From Octopus sinensis (lineage: Eukaryota), in assembly GCF_006345805.1 (NCBI RefSeq), contig NC_043009.1, positions 33,108,001 to 33,172,000 of the forward strand: a stretch of 64,000 nt of DNA. The letters run 5' to 3'. A program made the position numbers and the translations under genes. A model generated the notes under the pieces. The model was not told the origin of the DNA. It saw only the letters and a list, made by a program, of their open reading frames with translations, and did no database searches. Of the stretch, positions 1 to 13,842 are shown piece by piece. Numbering within the stretch: position 1 is the stretch's first letter; each line of letters starts with the position of its first letter.

Positions 1-2683
1 CAATGTACGAGTGTACAGTTGATCAGTAAACAGCTCAGTTCACTCCATGAATCAATTCGTGATCTGGCTGAACATTTCACAAACATAATTTCCAGATAGA
101 ATTAGCGTAACATGTAATGAGATACATCTGAGTCTTTGAATTTTTGCTGCAGTCCATTTGATGGGCTTCTGACACAATTTCTTTTTGTCCACTTCAGATT
201 CATTCGCAAATCTTGGGTTAACCCTAGGCTATGGTATATTACCCTGACCAAGATGTCACGCAATGGAATCGAACCCAGGAACTCGTGGTTGCGGAGCAAA
301 CTCGTTAAACATCAGGTTTACATTAGTCTCACATAACACTATATCTAATTAATAGACGGTATGGCCACGGCTGGAATGTTTTTGATCATTGGTCTGCTGT
401 GTGTTATAATCACAACCACAATGATGAGTATTGACCACACATCGAAGGTTAACAAATACAACATCTGACTCGGATAGATTTGCGTGACATTGATGTACAG
501 CTGACACACAAACAGACGTTATTGGCATTTTAAATATCCCACTAAAGCTGTATTTTATTGTTCATTATCTTGATAAACTAGAACGTGTGGATTTGGGTTA
601 AACTTGCTCGTCTCATTAGTATTCTGCTTGTGATTATAACCGGGGTTATTGAGACCGTATATTTATAAGATTTATTATAGCCCGTATAATTTTGTTCTTT
701 AAAGAGACTGAAAGATTTTGCTACTATTTAAAGTAGATTGATTGGATGTATAGCAACTTCCTCGCTACTTCTTGTATCTCTTCTATTTCATGTATGTAAA
801 AACGAAAATATCTCAACTTTCAGAATAGGATTTCTGTTATAGTATTTATAAATCTATAACACAGCAGAAGTATTCGCTTAATGCTCTTATGGATTTTTCT
901 CTCTCCTAATAACTGTATCGTCAATGTTCCTACTGTAGTTCGAGAAAATTCTAATGTTTTCTTCAATTTCAGTCTTCTTTGTTCTGATGCAATTTTCCAG
1001 ATGTCACAAATCTTTTCTTCTCCCTCGTTTTTGTTTCTCTTCGTCTAACTAAATACGTCAAAATTTGGTTAGACAATAAGAAAAATGTGACAGACCAAAG
1101 TTTCATCTAAATAAACAAATCTGAAATAAACAAAAGCAAATTCTTTTGTAATACATGTAGTTTCAGTTGGTGCGAATTTTTACTTGAACAGATTTGAATT
1201 TGACATTTAAACTTACGCTGAGAGAATTTACAGAAACACTCCTTGTTTTAGCAAAACATCTGAGCTGGATGCTCTTCGTGAAATACTGTTAGCCTTGAAG
1301 ACATTGTGGACCTGAATATTACACGGCAGCACCAACTTGTTTGAAAGACTGAAATGGAATTGATATCCTGTCGCTAATTAGAGTGTCATTTTGAGAAAAT
1401 AACAAGAAACAATTTTTTAGTTTTAGAAAGTAACTATGTTTAGTCTCATTAAAAGTTCGTTCTACTTAAACCAGAAATAAAACGGTAATGGTAAACAGCT
1501 GAAACATAACAAACAGAAAAGTATCATACAATAATTTTTTTTTTTTGTTTTAATAATACAATACAAGAAAAAAATCATACAACGAATATAAAATCATAGG
1601 AACGAGTTTTGAATCTTGACTGTAATTCAAATTTTTTCTTTGTCTGTTTTTGTTGCTTTTCTTTTCTATTCATCTGAAGAATATGTAGTGATGTTGACCT
1701 TTGCTGATCAACAAAGGCTGGTTTAGTATATGGTGTCGTTCTGCTACAGCTTCCACGCGTTGGAATCTGTAACAACTGTGAATAGGTAGGAATTTTAGGC
1801 GGTTGCAGGTCTGAAATGGGAACACTGAGCATTCAGTTTTATATGGAATTTCGGAAGCTGATGCATCAGTCAGGCTTGGCTTGAAGTGCTATGAAATTTC
1901 CTAGATAGATCAGTTAGATCACTCTTAAGTCAGTGATTTGTAAAATTATTCTAACGAGCCATTGCTTTTTTTTTTTCCTTTTTTCTCCATTTTGTCTTGT
2001 TCCTCTCCACAATTCACAAACAGTTCTCAAAAACAGAGACTGCTGAACTTATGCTATCAAAAGCATCTCATTTCCGAACATATCATTAGTGTCCAACTGA
2101 GATTTACAACCGCCGGATATTAAAAACAAGTTGTAACAGGCTGAGAGAGAAAGGTTTGAACTTGTTACGGTAGGCGATCCCAGAAACGTGCAAAAATTCT
2201 TCTTCTCGGTTTTATCCGACGTGTTTTCAAGCAAAGAGAGACAAATCTCACACAATCTCAAGCTAAAGAAACTCAATTTAATCAAGAACATAAAGCCTGA
2301 ACTAGACTAAAAGATTTTGTCTATTTTGCTCACTGCATCATAACTATGAATGGTCCAGAAATAACCATGGTCACTGTGATCACTTCGTTGAATTAGCATC
2401 GCAGAAGAAGCGGCTTTGTTTTCTTTCTTACATCGAATATATTTTCTGATATGTGTATCACAACTGATGCTGAACGTAGTCATGTAAATATACACTAGCT
2501 GAGAGTGTAATGTTGCAGTTTGCTTTTGTGTATAGGTGGAAAGCATGGGTAGCATACACATATTACAATATTATCTATCTTGTCTACACACACTCATCTC
2601 TTAAACACGCATACACACACACACGCACATATACATATGGATAAATGTATACAGTCACACACATGCGCCTACACGTATATATA

Positions 2684-2720
<37 letters not shown>

Positions 2721-2735
2721 ATGTATGTTTGTATG

Positions 2736-2771
<36 letters not shown>

Positions 2772-4069
2772 GTGTGTGTATGTATGTATAATGACCTTGG
2801 AAAACGAAGCAATAACGGTATCGTCTTCGAATGTATGCCACCTTTGTATCATTCAATAAAGCAAAAATGAAGAGCAAACATGGAAGTAAAAGGAGCTGTG
2901 TGAGTAGTGGGGTATGGAGTTCTTTTATTTAAGCAATGAAGTATCTGTATACGTGAAAGTAAAAGAGTAAAGAGAAATAACTCAGAGCCGCATAGATTTG
3001 AAGAACAAATACAAAGAGAAGTATAATATATAACATGCACGATAAATTCAGAGTTTATTGAAATCATGTAAATTGGTAGGAATGAGAAGACATAATCTCG
3101 AGAATAAAAAATTTCTCTATAATTGAAATATTAAAAGAAGGACAGTCTGAAGAAAAGAAGATAACTGTAGATACATGCTTCTGCCTCAATAAGTGTCATC
3201 ATCATAGCTGTTCTACCTTGTGTCCTACAAAGAAGACGTAGCTTTCATATTTTTTTCTCTTATAGTAATTAAGTGCGGTTGAATTATAGATACAGTTTTA
3301 TTGGAGCAAATTAGGAGTTCAATTATTCTAATCGTGGCAAAACTGTCGTTGAAATGTAATGCAAATGTAGATTTTATTGAAATGATGATGGTCAACCAAA
3401 GATATGTTATCGTTTGAATTTATGAAGGAGGATGTTAATTTTGTGGAATCGATTTAATTGAGATATAAAGTCAATTTAAAATTAAAAGTTTAAAGATTTA
3501 AATTCGAGGTTTTATACTAGTTTTATTATTTTAGCACAAACTTGCTAAAATATAGATTAAAGATTTAAAAGATTTCAAAAGTTTTAATTTTTAAAAATTT
3601 CAAAAGTTTTAATTTGAAAAATTTCATAAGTTTTAACACCATTTTTTGTATATATAAAGACAGATTGTGCCAGATGACTCGTTTATTAAGTTAATGTATT
3701 TATTTGTTGCAAAAAGTTAAAAGGTGGTTAGACGATGCTAAAATAAAACAAAATAACTAAAAATAAAAGTAAATAAATACAAAATGAAATTAGAAAATAT
3801 AGGATATAGGTAAAATATTTTATCGTATATAAAATATATAAATATGGAGAGGTCACATCTTTCGGAAATGTGGCAGGTTTATAGTGCTTAAAAGTTTTAT
3901 ATGTTTTATGATGATATGTAGAAACACTACGATCATGATTGTTTATTTATAAATAAACGATCGGCAAGTCTCTTTATACACCGTCATAAAATATACAAAA
4001 CTCTGGTTATACATTTTGATATATAAATAAATACGTCAGTTTTAATCTCGATATACTACTATATTTATG

Positions 4070-4825
<756 letters not shown>

Positions 4826-5743
4826 GGATGGGCTGTATTCAAAAATAACTTCTAGACATAATTATATGCTATTATATTATTAAAATCTATTGAGTAAATG
4901 TTTGCGTATATTTGAGATTATGCACAAGAAATGTCGAGGTTCAGAGAGAAAAAGACAGAGGCAGAGAGAGACAGAGAAATAGAGAGATACATAAAGAAAA
5001 TTAGAGGTGAGGATAACAGAAACAGAGGAATAGTGACAGAGATAAAAAGATCGCAGACAGAGTGAGAGAGAGAGAGATATATATAAAGAGAGAGAGAGAT
5101 TGAGATTGAAGAGTGTCAAGTAAATACAATTTATATACATTTGTCTGTGCTTCAGAGAATATCTTCTATAAATTGTTATCTAACTTTAACTTATAATCAG
5201 ACATTTACTTAACAAACAGGTTATTTTTAGACAGATGGCGCTGTAAACTATTTTACGCATGTTTTCTTCACAATCTTGTTAACCATTCCCAAGATATTGG
5301 ATTTTCTGCGAGAGATCATTTACACTTTGTTTCATGAATTGGTACCAAATTTTGCCATTTACTTGTGAAGAGGTTTCATTTTAGTTACTTGTTTTACATT
5401 TTGCGGAGATTTCTTTCTATTTTTTGTCTTTGGTCATTCATAGCAAAGCTTCAGGCTGCAACATGCCTGAAATGATTCACTTTCTTTCAGAAATAACAAG
5501 GCAAGAGTCCTTCTTTCTAGTAAAGTGCATTGTTGCTACCCATCCAGGCGACAAATTTAAATTCACCATCACGAAATTACTTCGTAAATTTTGAATTGAT
5601 TCTAAACTATTTTAGAAACTGGTATCCTTCGTTGATTTGTCGACCAAAATCATTCCTTCATTTTATGCCTTTACTACTATTATTATATATATATATATAT
5701 ATATAATATATATATATATATTATATATACTATATATATACTT

Positions 5744-5792
<49 letters not shown>

Positions 5793-6526
5793 ATACACAC
5801 ACGCACACACACAACACCACACACACATGATACATATGTAGATATATAAATAGATAGGCAGACGGATATATTTCCCACCTCGGCTGCAATTGTATATAAC
5901 TTTATAACTTCTAACACGTTTCTGTGAATCTTCAATCATTATAGGTTCAAATTCTAACGACGTCAGCTAATTACTTTTTTTTTTTTTTTTTCTTTAAGTC
6001 TAATGAAATAAACAGTTTTCACCCATGAAATAAATCTTCAAATCTTCTACTGCATTTTTTCTGATTTGCTTCTTCTGTTTCATTTTTCTTTTTTTTTTTT
6101 TTTTGGCAGGAGAGGAAAAGGCTTCCTTGCCATATAATATGTCATTCTATACATGATCAAAGCACAGTCTCTGGTTAATACTTTTTCATGGTGATTGATT
6201 TGTAACCTAAGACCAGATTTTTCGTTAATAAAAATTGATACAGTAATTGGATGTCGCACTATCACAGGGGTTCCATTCTTTGCCCATTTCTCTCTATTCG
6301 TTCTTTAATTGCTTTGTTAGGATGTATGGATGGGGACCGTAAAATCTAATTCTATGATGATCCAGTTGCAAAGAAAAAAAACAAAACAAATTCTACAGTT
6401 GCAGATTCTAGATCGTGCGTTGCTTCGGGAAAGATATTTGAGCTCAAAAATCACTGGTATAATGAAGATATGTTTACATGGACATTGGTAGTACATCAAC
6501 GATGACGATAATGATTTCGGATCAAG

Positions 6527-6756
6527 ACGGCGAGCTGGCAGAAACGTTAGCACACCGGGTGAAATGCTTAGCAGTATTGCGTCTGTCGTTGCGTTCTGAG
6601 TTCAAATTCCGCCGAGGTCGACTTTGCCTTTCATCCTTTCGGGGTCGATAAATTAAGTACCAGTTACTCACTGGGGTCGATGTAATCGACTTAATCCATT
6701 TGTCTGTCCTTGTTTGTCCCCTCTATGTTTAGCCCCTTGTGGGCAATAAAGAAACA
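6527..6756 (+). mobile_element. Young tRNA-derived SINE (family A) with 14-bp target site duplication
   Basis: A-box-like TGGCAGAAACGTTAG, B-box-like GAGTTCAAATTCC, central GTCGACTTTGCCTTTCATCCTTTCGGGGTCG and an AATAAAGAAA tail. TSD GATTTCGGATCAAG at 6513-6526 and 6757-6770. Confidence 0.92.
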
Positions 6757-6770
6757 GATTTCGGATCAAG

Positions 6771-6945
6771 GCGCAAAGCCATCGATTTTATGTGGAGGAG
6801 GACTAATCGATAACATTGATGAACTGTGGTTAGTTTTTGTTGACTCTAGAAAGTTGAAAGATGCAGCTGACTGCGGTGGGATTTGAACTCAGAATGTATA
6901 AGGCCGGAACAAATGCTGCAGGGCATTTACCCCGAAGTTCCAATA
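6771..6945 (-). mobile_element. Older family-A-like SINE relic
   Basis: GGATTTGAACTCAGAA is a reverse B-box, with a degenerate central domain. Confidence 0.6.
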
Positions 6946-7489
6946 TTCTACAAATGTACAACACTTAACACAGACATAATTATAATAACCTTGGAATCAG
7001 TATACGTGGTTGGCACATCGGTTCCCCAAATGCGGCCGTCTTACATTAATTTGTTGGCACTATGTGCGAAGTGAAGTTAACTTGTCTCACACGTTATAAC
7101 TCCATGACTACTTTTTGAAGACCTCTGTTTGCTATTTGCTCTTTCTAATCAATTTACCAAAGTTTCCAATAGCTGGATTCCTATGACCTATATTTCGGAA
7201 TCTGCTACGATGAAACGTAATGATATATGTAGAAGTATTTCTTCATATGCCTCTGTGTATACTTGTCTGTCTGAATGTATGAGTGTAGTTGCAAGTAAGC
7301 GACATCTAGTTATGCATAAATCCGCATTACACCACAAACATTAAAAAAAATCACTTTATATATATATATATATATATATACACAAATACCGTATTGTGAT
7401 AGAAACAAAACGGCTTTCATATGTATAAACATTCACTGCCAAAGAGTAGTACATAGAAATTTCTCTTTCCCTCTCTCTTTCACTTTATT

Positions 7490-7520
<31 letters not shown>

Positions 7521-8503
7521 CACATACTATATATATATATATATTATATTAATATATATATATATATATATATACATGCATTAGGCGTATGTGTGTAAAT
7601 TATATATATACACGCACAAATGTGTAGACATACGTACACATGTACATATGGAGAGGCGAAAGAGAGGGGAAGTTAAGGTGTTGAGTGGGGAAGAGATTGA
7701 GATCATTACTGAAAGATATTCGCACGGCAAAGGTATAATATACATAAGTAATAACACAATCATTCACAGATATGTTATCAGACAAATAGATTATTAGACA
7801 AAAAGACAGACAAACAGAAATATAGATAAATGTGGAGGCAGGAGCCGCAAAGTACATACATACAAGATGAACCACATTCAGACAGGCAGCTAAATATTTA
7901 CAAATAGAAATATACCAATGGAAGATTATATGATCTCTCACGTATACTGACATGGGAAACACGCATACATAAAGACATAGGGAGAGTGAGAAGGAGAGAA
8001 ATAAAGAGACAGAGAGTAGTTGAGTGAGAAAAAATGTAGGGAAAACAGTAAAAACTTAGAATACTTCCGTAAACATCTTGTATTTTTCGATTTTTTGAAG
8101 ATTACCATTTTGCTGGTTTTATCCTGATTTCGTGTTGTTTGTATTTTTTTGTTGTTTTGTATTATTTTGTAGAGGAAAGAAGTGAAAAGTTACTGAAGCG
8201 GTTTTTGCTAAAGTTCGTGTATTAGTAAGCCTATTTTTTTACATCCGGGTCAGGATCACGTGTCCAGCTTATGATTTAAACCGATTACAACATGACTACA
8301 ACTGACTCAGCCTTTTTTCTTTCCCCGTCTGCTGCACTAGAGCAATCTTCGTCCTATATTCTAACAAATTACTAGATTTCTTCTTTACTATTCTCGCAGC
8401 TCGCTTCCTCTCTCTTTCACTTTCTCTTCATTGATAGATAAACGGACAGACTGACAGACAGACAGATAGATAGATAAATAGATAGATAGATAGATAGATA
8501 GAT

Positions 8504-8538
<35 letters not shown>

Positions 8539-8545
8539 GATAGAT

Positions 8546-8576
<31 letters not shown>

Positions 8577-8782
8577 ATATTATATATATATATATATAGA
8601 TAAGAAAGTTTGTTTGGTAAAGCACGTGGGTGAATATATAAGAAAATAGTAAAGTGTGAAAAAACGACAGAAGGCTTAAATTGTTAAAAAATATATATAT
8701 TTGTGTCAAAATGTCTGGAGAATATTGGAAAAAAATTTTTTTTTTTCCCTTTCCTTAAAATGACATAATTTTAAAATTTTTA

Positions 8783-8822
8783 AAGAAATTACCGGTTTCG
8801 CGTGTAGCTTTTCAAATTTCTT
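8783..8822 (-). ncRNA. Minimal type I hammerhead ribozyme motif, U3-A8 core variant, in the PLE pseudo-LTR
   Basis: Minus strand reads AAGAAAU UUGAAAA GC UACAC GC GAA ACCGGU A AUUUCUU: 7-bp stem I, 2-bp stem II, palindromic stem III, GUA cleavage triplet. Confidence 0.7.
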
Positions 8823-9036
8823 GTGACGTTATGTTTATATTGCATGGAATTATCGTTGTTTTTATTTCCAGGAGATTTCTAAATAAGGGGAGGTAGTGAG
8901 TGATTTTTTCCGGTGTAGGGGAGATAATCGCTTAAAAATTTTTTTGCCTTTTCCTTGTTAATTTCTCTGTGTCAGTATGTTCGGATGGTTGAGTCTGGGT
9001 GTGTACTTTTCAATGAAGAATGTTTCCTGTTCAGTC

Positions 9037-10238
9037 TCATTTGTGTTGATGATCCGAAGCACATTGGTAAAATGGGAAGATTAAAAATTGTGGCAGTAGT
9101 TGCTTTGCGCATTTCTCAATGTGCTCACTAAAAGGTATCATTCTATATTTGGGAATGCAATCTGTTTCGATGCAGTGTGCATCTGCGCCTGAGTGATAGT
9201 CCCGTGGAACCCACGTAGTCTTGGTGGCAGCCCGAGCATTTAATAACATAAATTATGTTTTCAGAGGCACAAGTAAAGTTAGATTTGATCTTAAATTTCT
9301 GTCCCTCTTTAAAGAAGAATTCTGATCCTTCCAATAGGTTAGGACATGTTGCACAGTTCGATCTACCACATTTTTTTACTTTTGCATCCGTAATTTTAGA
9401 AGACAATTTTGCCTTTGTGAGAATCTTTTTAGTGATTTAGGCTGTTTGTAGCTTTTAATGATTTGGTGTATGTTTAGAATTTCCTTTAATTTTGGGTTTT
9501 TATGAAGTATTGGTAAATTCTGGGTGATGATGGTGAAGGCTTCTTTGTTTCTGGGGTTGTATGTAGATATGTAAGGTAGTATTTTCGGGGAAGGTGTGTT
9601 TGTTGTGGTTGAACTTTTCTTAAAGTTTCTATGTGATTTCTGTTGTGTTGCACGTCTGATCCCATCCTCTATGAGTTGATCTGGGTAATGTCTGTCAATT
9701 AGGGTGTTTTTGAGTTCTTGCAGTCTAAAGTTCCTGGTATTTTGTTCTGACACTATTGTGCATATCCTTCTTGCAAGGTTGAAGGGGATGTTTGTTTTAG
9801 TGTGTCTTGGGTGGCATGAATTAAAAAGAAGGTATTGTTTGGCGTCTGTGGCTTTGTAAAAAATGTCTGTTAATGTCTGTTAATGTCTGTTAATTTTTTT
9901 AATTAGTATATCCAAGAACGGGAGCTCCTTTTGGTTGTATTCCATTGTGAACTGTATATTTGGGTTTATGCTGTTCAATAGGTTTTTAAATTTTAGGAGT
10001 TTATCTATGTTTTCATTCCAGAGAATGAAACAATCGTCTAGGAATCGTTTCCAATTCTCTTTTATGTATTGAGAGAGGGAGTTTCCAAAGATTGATAGAG
10101 ATTCCTGGTAAATGATTATTTCCATGTACCCCATTGTTAAGTTCGCAATGACTGGTGCTGCCCTTGTACCCATAGCAATTCCGGATTTTTGACGGTAAAA
10201 TGTATTGTCAAACATGAAGTGGTTATTGTGTAGGATGA
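9037..10238 (-). pseudogene. PLE reverse transcriptase C-terminal half plus GIY-YIG endonuclease, frameshifted
   Basis: RT motifs QKSGIAMGTRAAPVIANLTMG, WKRFLDDCF and IQFTMEYNQKELPFLDI. Cys-rich linker KCGRSNCATC, then NFTCASENIIYVIKCSGCHQDYVGST (GIY-YIG-like). Split over several frames, including a 10-bp triplication near 9862-9893. Confidence 0.92.
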
Positions 10239-10463
10239 ACGCGAAACCGGTAATTTCTTTAAAAATTTTAAAATTATGTCATTTTAAGGAAAGGGAAAAA
10301 AAATTTTTCCAATATTCTCCAGACATTTTGACACAAATATATATATTTTTTAACATTTAAGCCTTCTGTCTTTTTTCACACTTTACTATTTTCTTAATAT
10401 ATATTATATATATATATATATAATATTATATATAATATATGTATGTATGTATGTATGTATATG

Positions 10464-10495
<32 letters not shown>

Positions 10496-10548
10496 ATATA
10501 TATACATATACACACATATATATATACATATATATGAATGTACATATG

Positions 10549-10599
<51 letters not shown>

Positions 10600-11756
10600 A
10601 CATATGCAGCACAAGTGTATGTGGAGCGTATATGTATCCTTTTGTGTTTTATGAAAATCATGTTAAGAGAAAGACTAATAAAAATTGTATAAATCCATGT
10701 TTAAAGCAATAATATAATGTAATACAATGGTGGATAAGTTGGAATACTGTTGGAAATAAAACAAAACTGTAAATATCAAGTTAAATTCATTCATACGTTA
10801 AATAGCTCTACTCAAGACAGCAGCTCATATTTCTGTTTTGCAACAGTAAATTACGTGTTGTAATGCCTTTATCAGTGGATTCTAAAGAGGAAGACGTGCA
10901 ACTGGAAGATTTATGCTTATGTATAAACGAACGTTTATTTAAAGCGGGAATTAACTGATTCAGCCAAACTTTGCGACAATTTTCTTAGAGTCTTTTTGCT
11001 TTCAAAGCAAGGATCTTCACAGAAAGAATCCTAATAAACAAAGTTAGTATTGAAAAGCAATTTACAATTAAATGGCTAAAGAATCGGCCTCCGGGGCTGG
11101 ATGTTTTGTGCTCAAGTTACTTTTAGGTCCAGAAATGATTCTGTTTCAAAAGTTCGTTTTTCAACCACTTCATCTCTGATGCAGACCAACTCTGCTGTGC
11201 TTTAGACAGATATCTTCAGTTATATACCTGAGCCGACTAATATAAATGCTGTGTTAGTTTAACACTTAAAAAGAATAGAAAGCGTCTTTATGTTTTGGAC
11301 GCAAGCCCTTCATCAGAAAAATTCAAGAATGAAAGGATGTGGCGAAAAAATTAAAAGAATGAGAAAAGATTGTTCGAACATAAAAACTATTAAACGCCAG
11401 GCTGGAATACGATACAGTGAGTGGTGTGTACACGTATGAGAGGGTATCTTTGTATAGAAATTGGCATACGTGGGTGTATATATATGTAGGGTGGTATAAG
11501 GTGCGTGTAGTTTCTTGAAATGTATAGAGGTGTGCAAATATGGGTGTGTAGTGGCGTGGAATAATGTGGGACGTTGATGTATTGGTGAAGTTGTATTTAC
11601 GTGAGAGGAAGAGGACGTGACAGATGTGAGTGTGAAGTGAAAGGGAAGGGGAACGTGGTATGTGTGTGTGTGCGTGTGTATGTGCGTGTGTGTGCGCGTG
11701 TGTGTGTGAGTGTGCGCGTGTGTGTGTGTTTGCGTGTGTATGTATCTACGTTCTTT

Positions 11757-12155
11757 AATTTATTTACTTGTTTCAATCATCAAACTGCGGCCATGCTGGG
11801 ACACCACCCTGAAGAATTTTCGTCGAAAGTATCGACTCAAATTTTAAAGCGTGCTACTTTTGTGTTTGGCCGAACCGCTTAGTTACGGAGACGTAAACAC
11901 ACCACCACCTGTTGTCAAGCAATCATAGAGAACAAATACAGACACAAAGACACACATACATACAAACATACATACACACACATACACACTTAAGACGGGC
12001 TTCTTTCAGTTTCCGTCTACAAATCCACTTACTAGGCTTTGGTTTGCCTGGGGATATAGTAGAAAACATTTGCCCAAGGTGCTACGCAGTGGGACTGAAC
12101 ACAGAACCATGTGGCTGGGAGGCAAACTTCTTAGCACAAAGCCACGCTTGCACCT
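11757..12155 (-). mobile_element. tRNA-derived SINE family B (internal CA/TA microsatellite)
   Basis: Matches the 57839 copy from the TTTACTTGTTTCA tail to the GGGACTGAAC..ACCATGTGG head. Confidence 0.85.
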
Positions 12156-12255
12156 ATGTATTAAACATAGCCTCTTTCCTTTTTGCAAGTACCTTTTGTG
12201 AGTACCGGAATGGTATTTGATATTTCGATTATTTTTTACTTTGACATGTCATCAT

Positions 12256-12629
12256 CGTGGCACTCCGTCGGTTACGACGACACGTGTTCCAGTTGATCCG
12301 ATCAACGGAACAGATTGCTCGTGAAATTAACGTGCAAGTGGCTGAGCACTCCACAGACAACGTAGCTCTCGGGAAGATTCAGCGTGACACAGAGTGTGAC
12401 AAAGCTGACCCCTTTGAAATACAGGTACAACAGAAACAGGAAGAATGACTAAGAGAAAGTTGTGGTGAAAGAGTAGAGCAGGGTTCGCCACCCCACCTCC
12501 TGCCGGATCCTCGTGGAGCTTTAGGCGTTTTTGCTCAGTAAACACTCACAACGCCCGGTTTGGGAATCGAAACCGCGATCCTATGACCGCGAGTCTGCTG
12601 CCCTAACCACTGGGCCATCGTGCTTCCAC
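12256..12629 (-). mobile_element. tRNA-derived SINE family C (possibly octopus OR-type)
   Basis: Minus-strand head TGGCCCAGTGGTTAGGGCAGCAGACTCGCGGTCATAGGATCGCGGTTTCGATTCCC. Closely similar to 21043-21428. Confidence 0.88.
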
Positions 12630-12977
12630 TGACATGTTATATTCAAGAGTGTTTTGGGTATTCTGTTTCTTTTTCTGTTGTTTTAGGAAATTTTGAAACT
12701 TTGACATTTAATGTTTCGTCTTTTCTTAAGTTCAAGAACAAATGATATTTGATTTACTTGTCTTTATTTATTTTTATTTTATTTTTATTTTTATTCTATT
12801 ATTTTTTTTTCATTTTTTTTTTCTTGTATGTTCATTACTGTCTAAATTTATATTAAATTGGTTTGGTGAACAAATGAAATCACACTAATATTTATTATTG
12901 ACTGTTTATTCGTGGGAGGGTGCGGTTTGAGACACATATAGCTTTATTGTTAATGTTGATATAAATATATATATAAT

Positions 12978-13292
12978 GTCCTTGAAGAATTTTTAGTCGA
13001 ATGTATCGACCCCGATACTTATTTTCAAAAGGCTAGTACTTATTCTACAGGTCATTTTTGGCAAATCGCTAAGTTACAGGGACGTAAACACGCCATCACC
13101 GGTTGTCAAGAGTTGTGGTGGGGGAGGTAAGCACACCCACAAAAAACATACACACACATGCAAACTTATATTATTATATATGTTTTGTAATTTAAATTGT
13201 GTGCGAAGTGAAACAATTGTAGGCAATATTAATTAATTAATTAATTAATTTAAATCCATTGAATCTTTCCATTTCAAACTTATTAATAATAT

Positions 13293-13334
<42 letters not shown>

Positions 13335-13485
13335 ACAGGCTTCTTTCAGTTTCCGTCAACCATATCGACTCGCAAGGCCTTGGGCTGCCGGAGGCTATAG
13401 GAGAAGACACTCGCCTAATGTGCCACGCAGTGGGACTGAACCTGGAACTATATAATTGGGAAGCACTCTTCCTACCACACAGCCT
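12978..13485 (-). mobile_element. SINE family B with an internal AT-rich insert
   Basis: Family B 3' and head segments flank a ~130-bp AT-rich stretch that is also present at 14230-14362. Confidence 0.8.
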
Positions 13486-13547
13486 CGTATGTGTATGTTA
13501 TGTATATATTATATATATGTATGTGTGTGCGCGTGTGTGCGTGCGTG

Positions 13548-13842
13548 TAGCGTGTGGCCTAGTGGTTAAGGTGTTGCACTCACGATTGGTAGATCGTGGG
13601 CTGGATTCTCGGATCGATCGGTGCTGTGTGCAGTCAAGTAAAATACTTCATGTCATGTTGCCCTAATCCACTCAACCGTAAAAGGTGACCCTGTCTGTAA
13701 AGAAGTGGCCTTCCGATACGGAGGAATGGTGGCCTGTTTGTCTAACCATTGGAGTGGCATCTTTTGATAACCAAAACTATGCAAAGCGCATTGTGAATAG
13801 CGATGAATAACAACATCCGATCTTGCGGTTGCTCACGTGATC
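13548..13842 (+). mobile_element. Diverged tRNA-derived SINE
   Basis: TGGCCTAGTGGTTAAGG A-box, a degenerate B-box and a non-tRNA body. Confidence 0.6.

Larger units (their letters stand above)
8601..10400 (-). mobile_element. Penelope-like retroelement (Neptune-type), 5'-truncated, with inverted partial pseudo-LTR, inserted in (TA)n
   Basis: Minus-strand RT and GIY-YIG fragments (9037-10238). 10239-10400 is the reverse complement of about 8636-8803. A ~35-nt unpaired 3' tail occupies 8601-8635. TA repeats lie on both flanks. Confidence 0.93.

Noticed and set aside
2880-3470. Possible ancient PLE N-terminal/RT remnant on the minus strand (QGRTAMMM resembling DKGxxxVxM)
   Set aside because: A single weak motif is insufficient support.
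5228-5245. CAGATGGCGCTG CTCF-like motif
   Set aside because: The 5' half of the consensus is missing, and similar strings occur near transposon ends.
5905-5940. Minus-strand TTGAAGA...GAAACGTGTT hammerhead-like string
   Set aside because: No stem II or stem I pairing.
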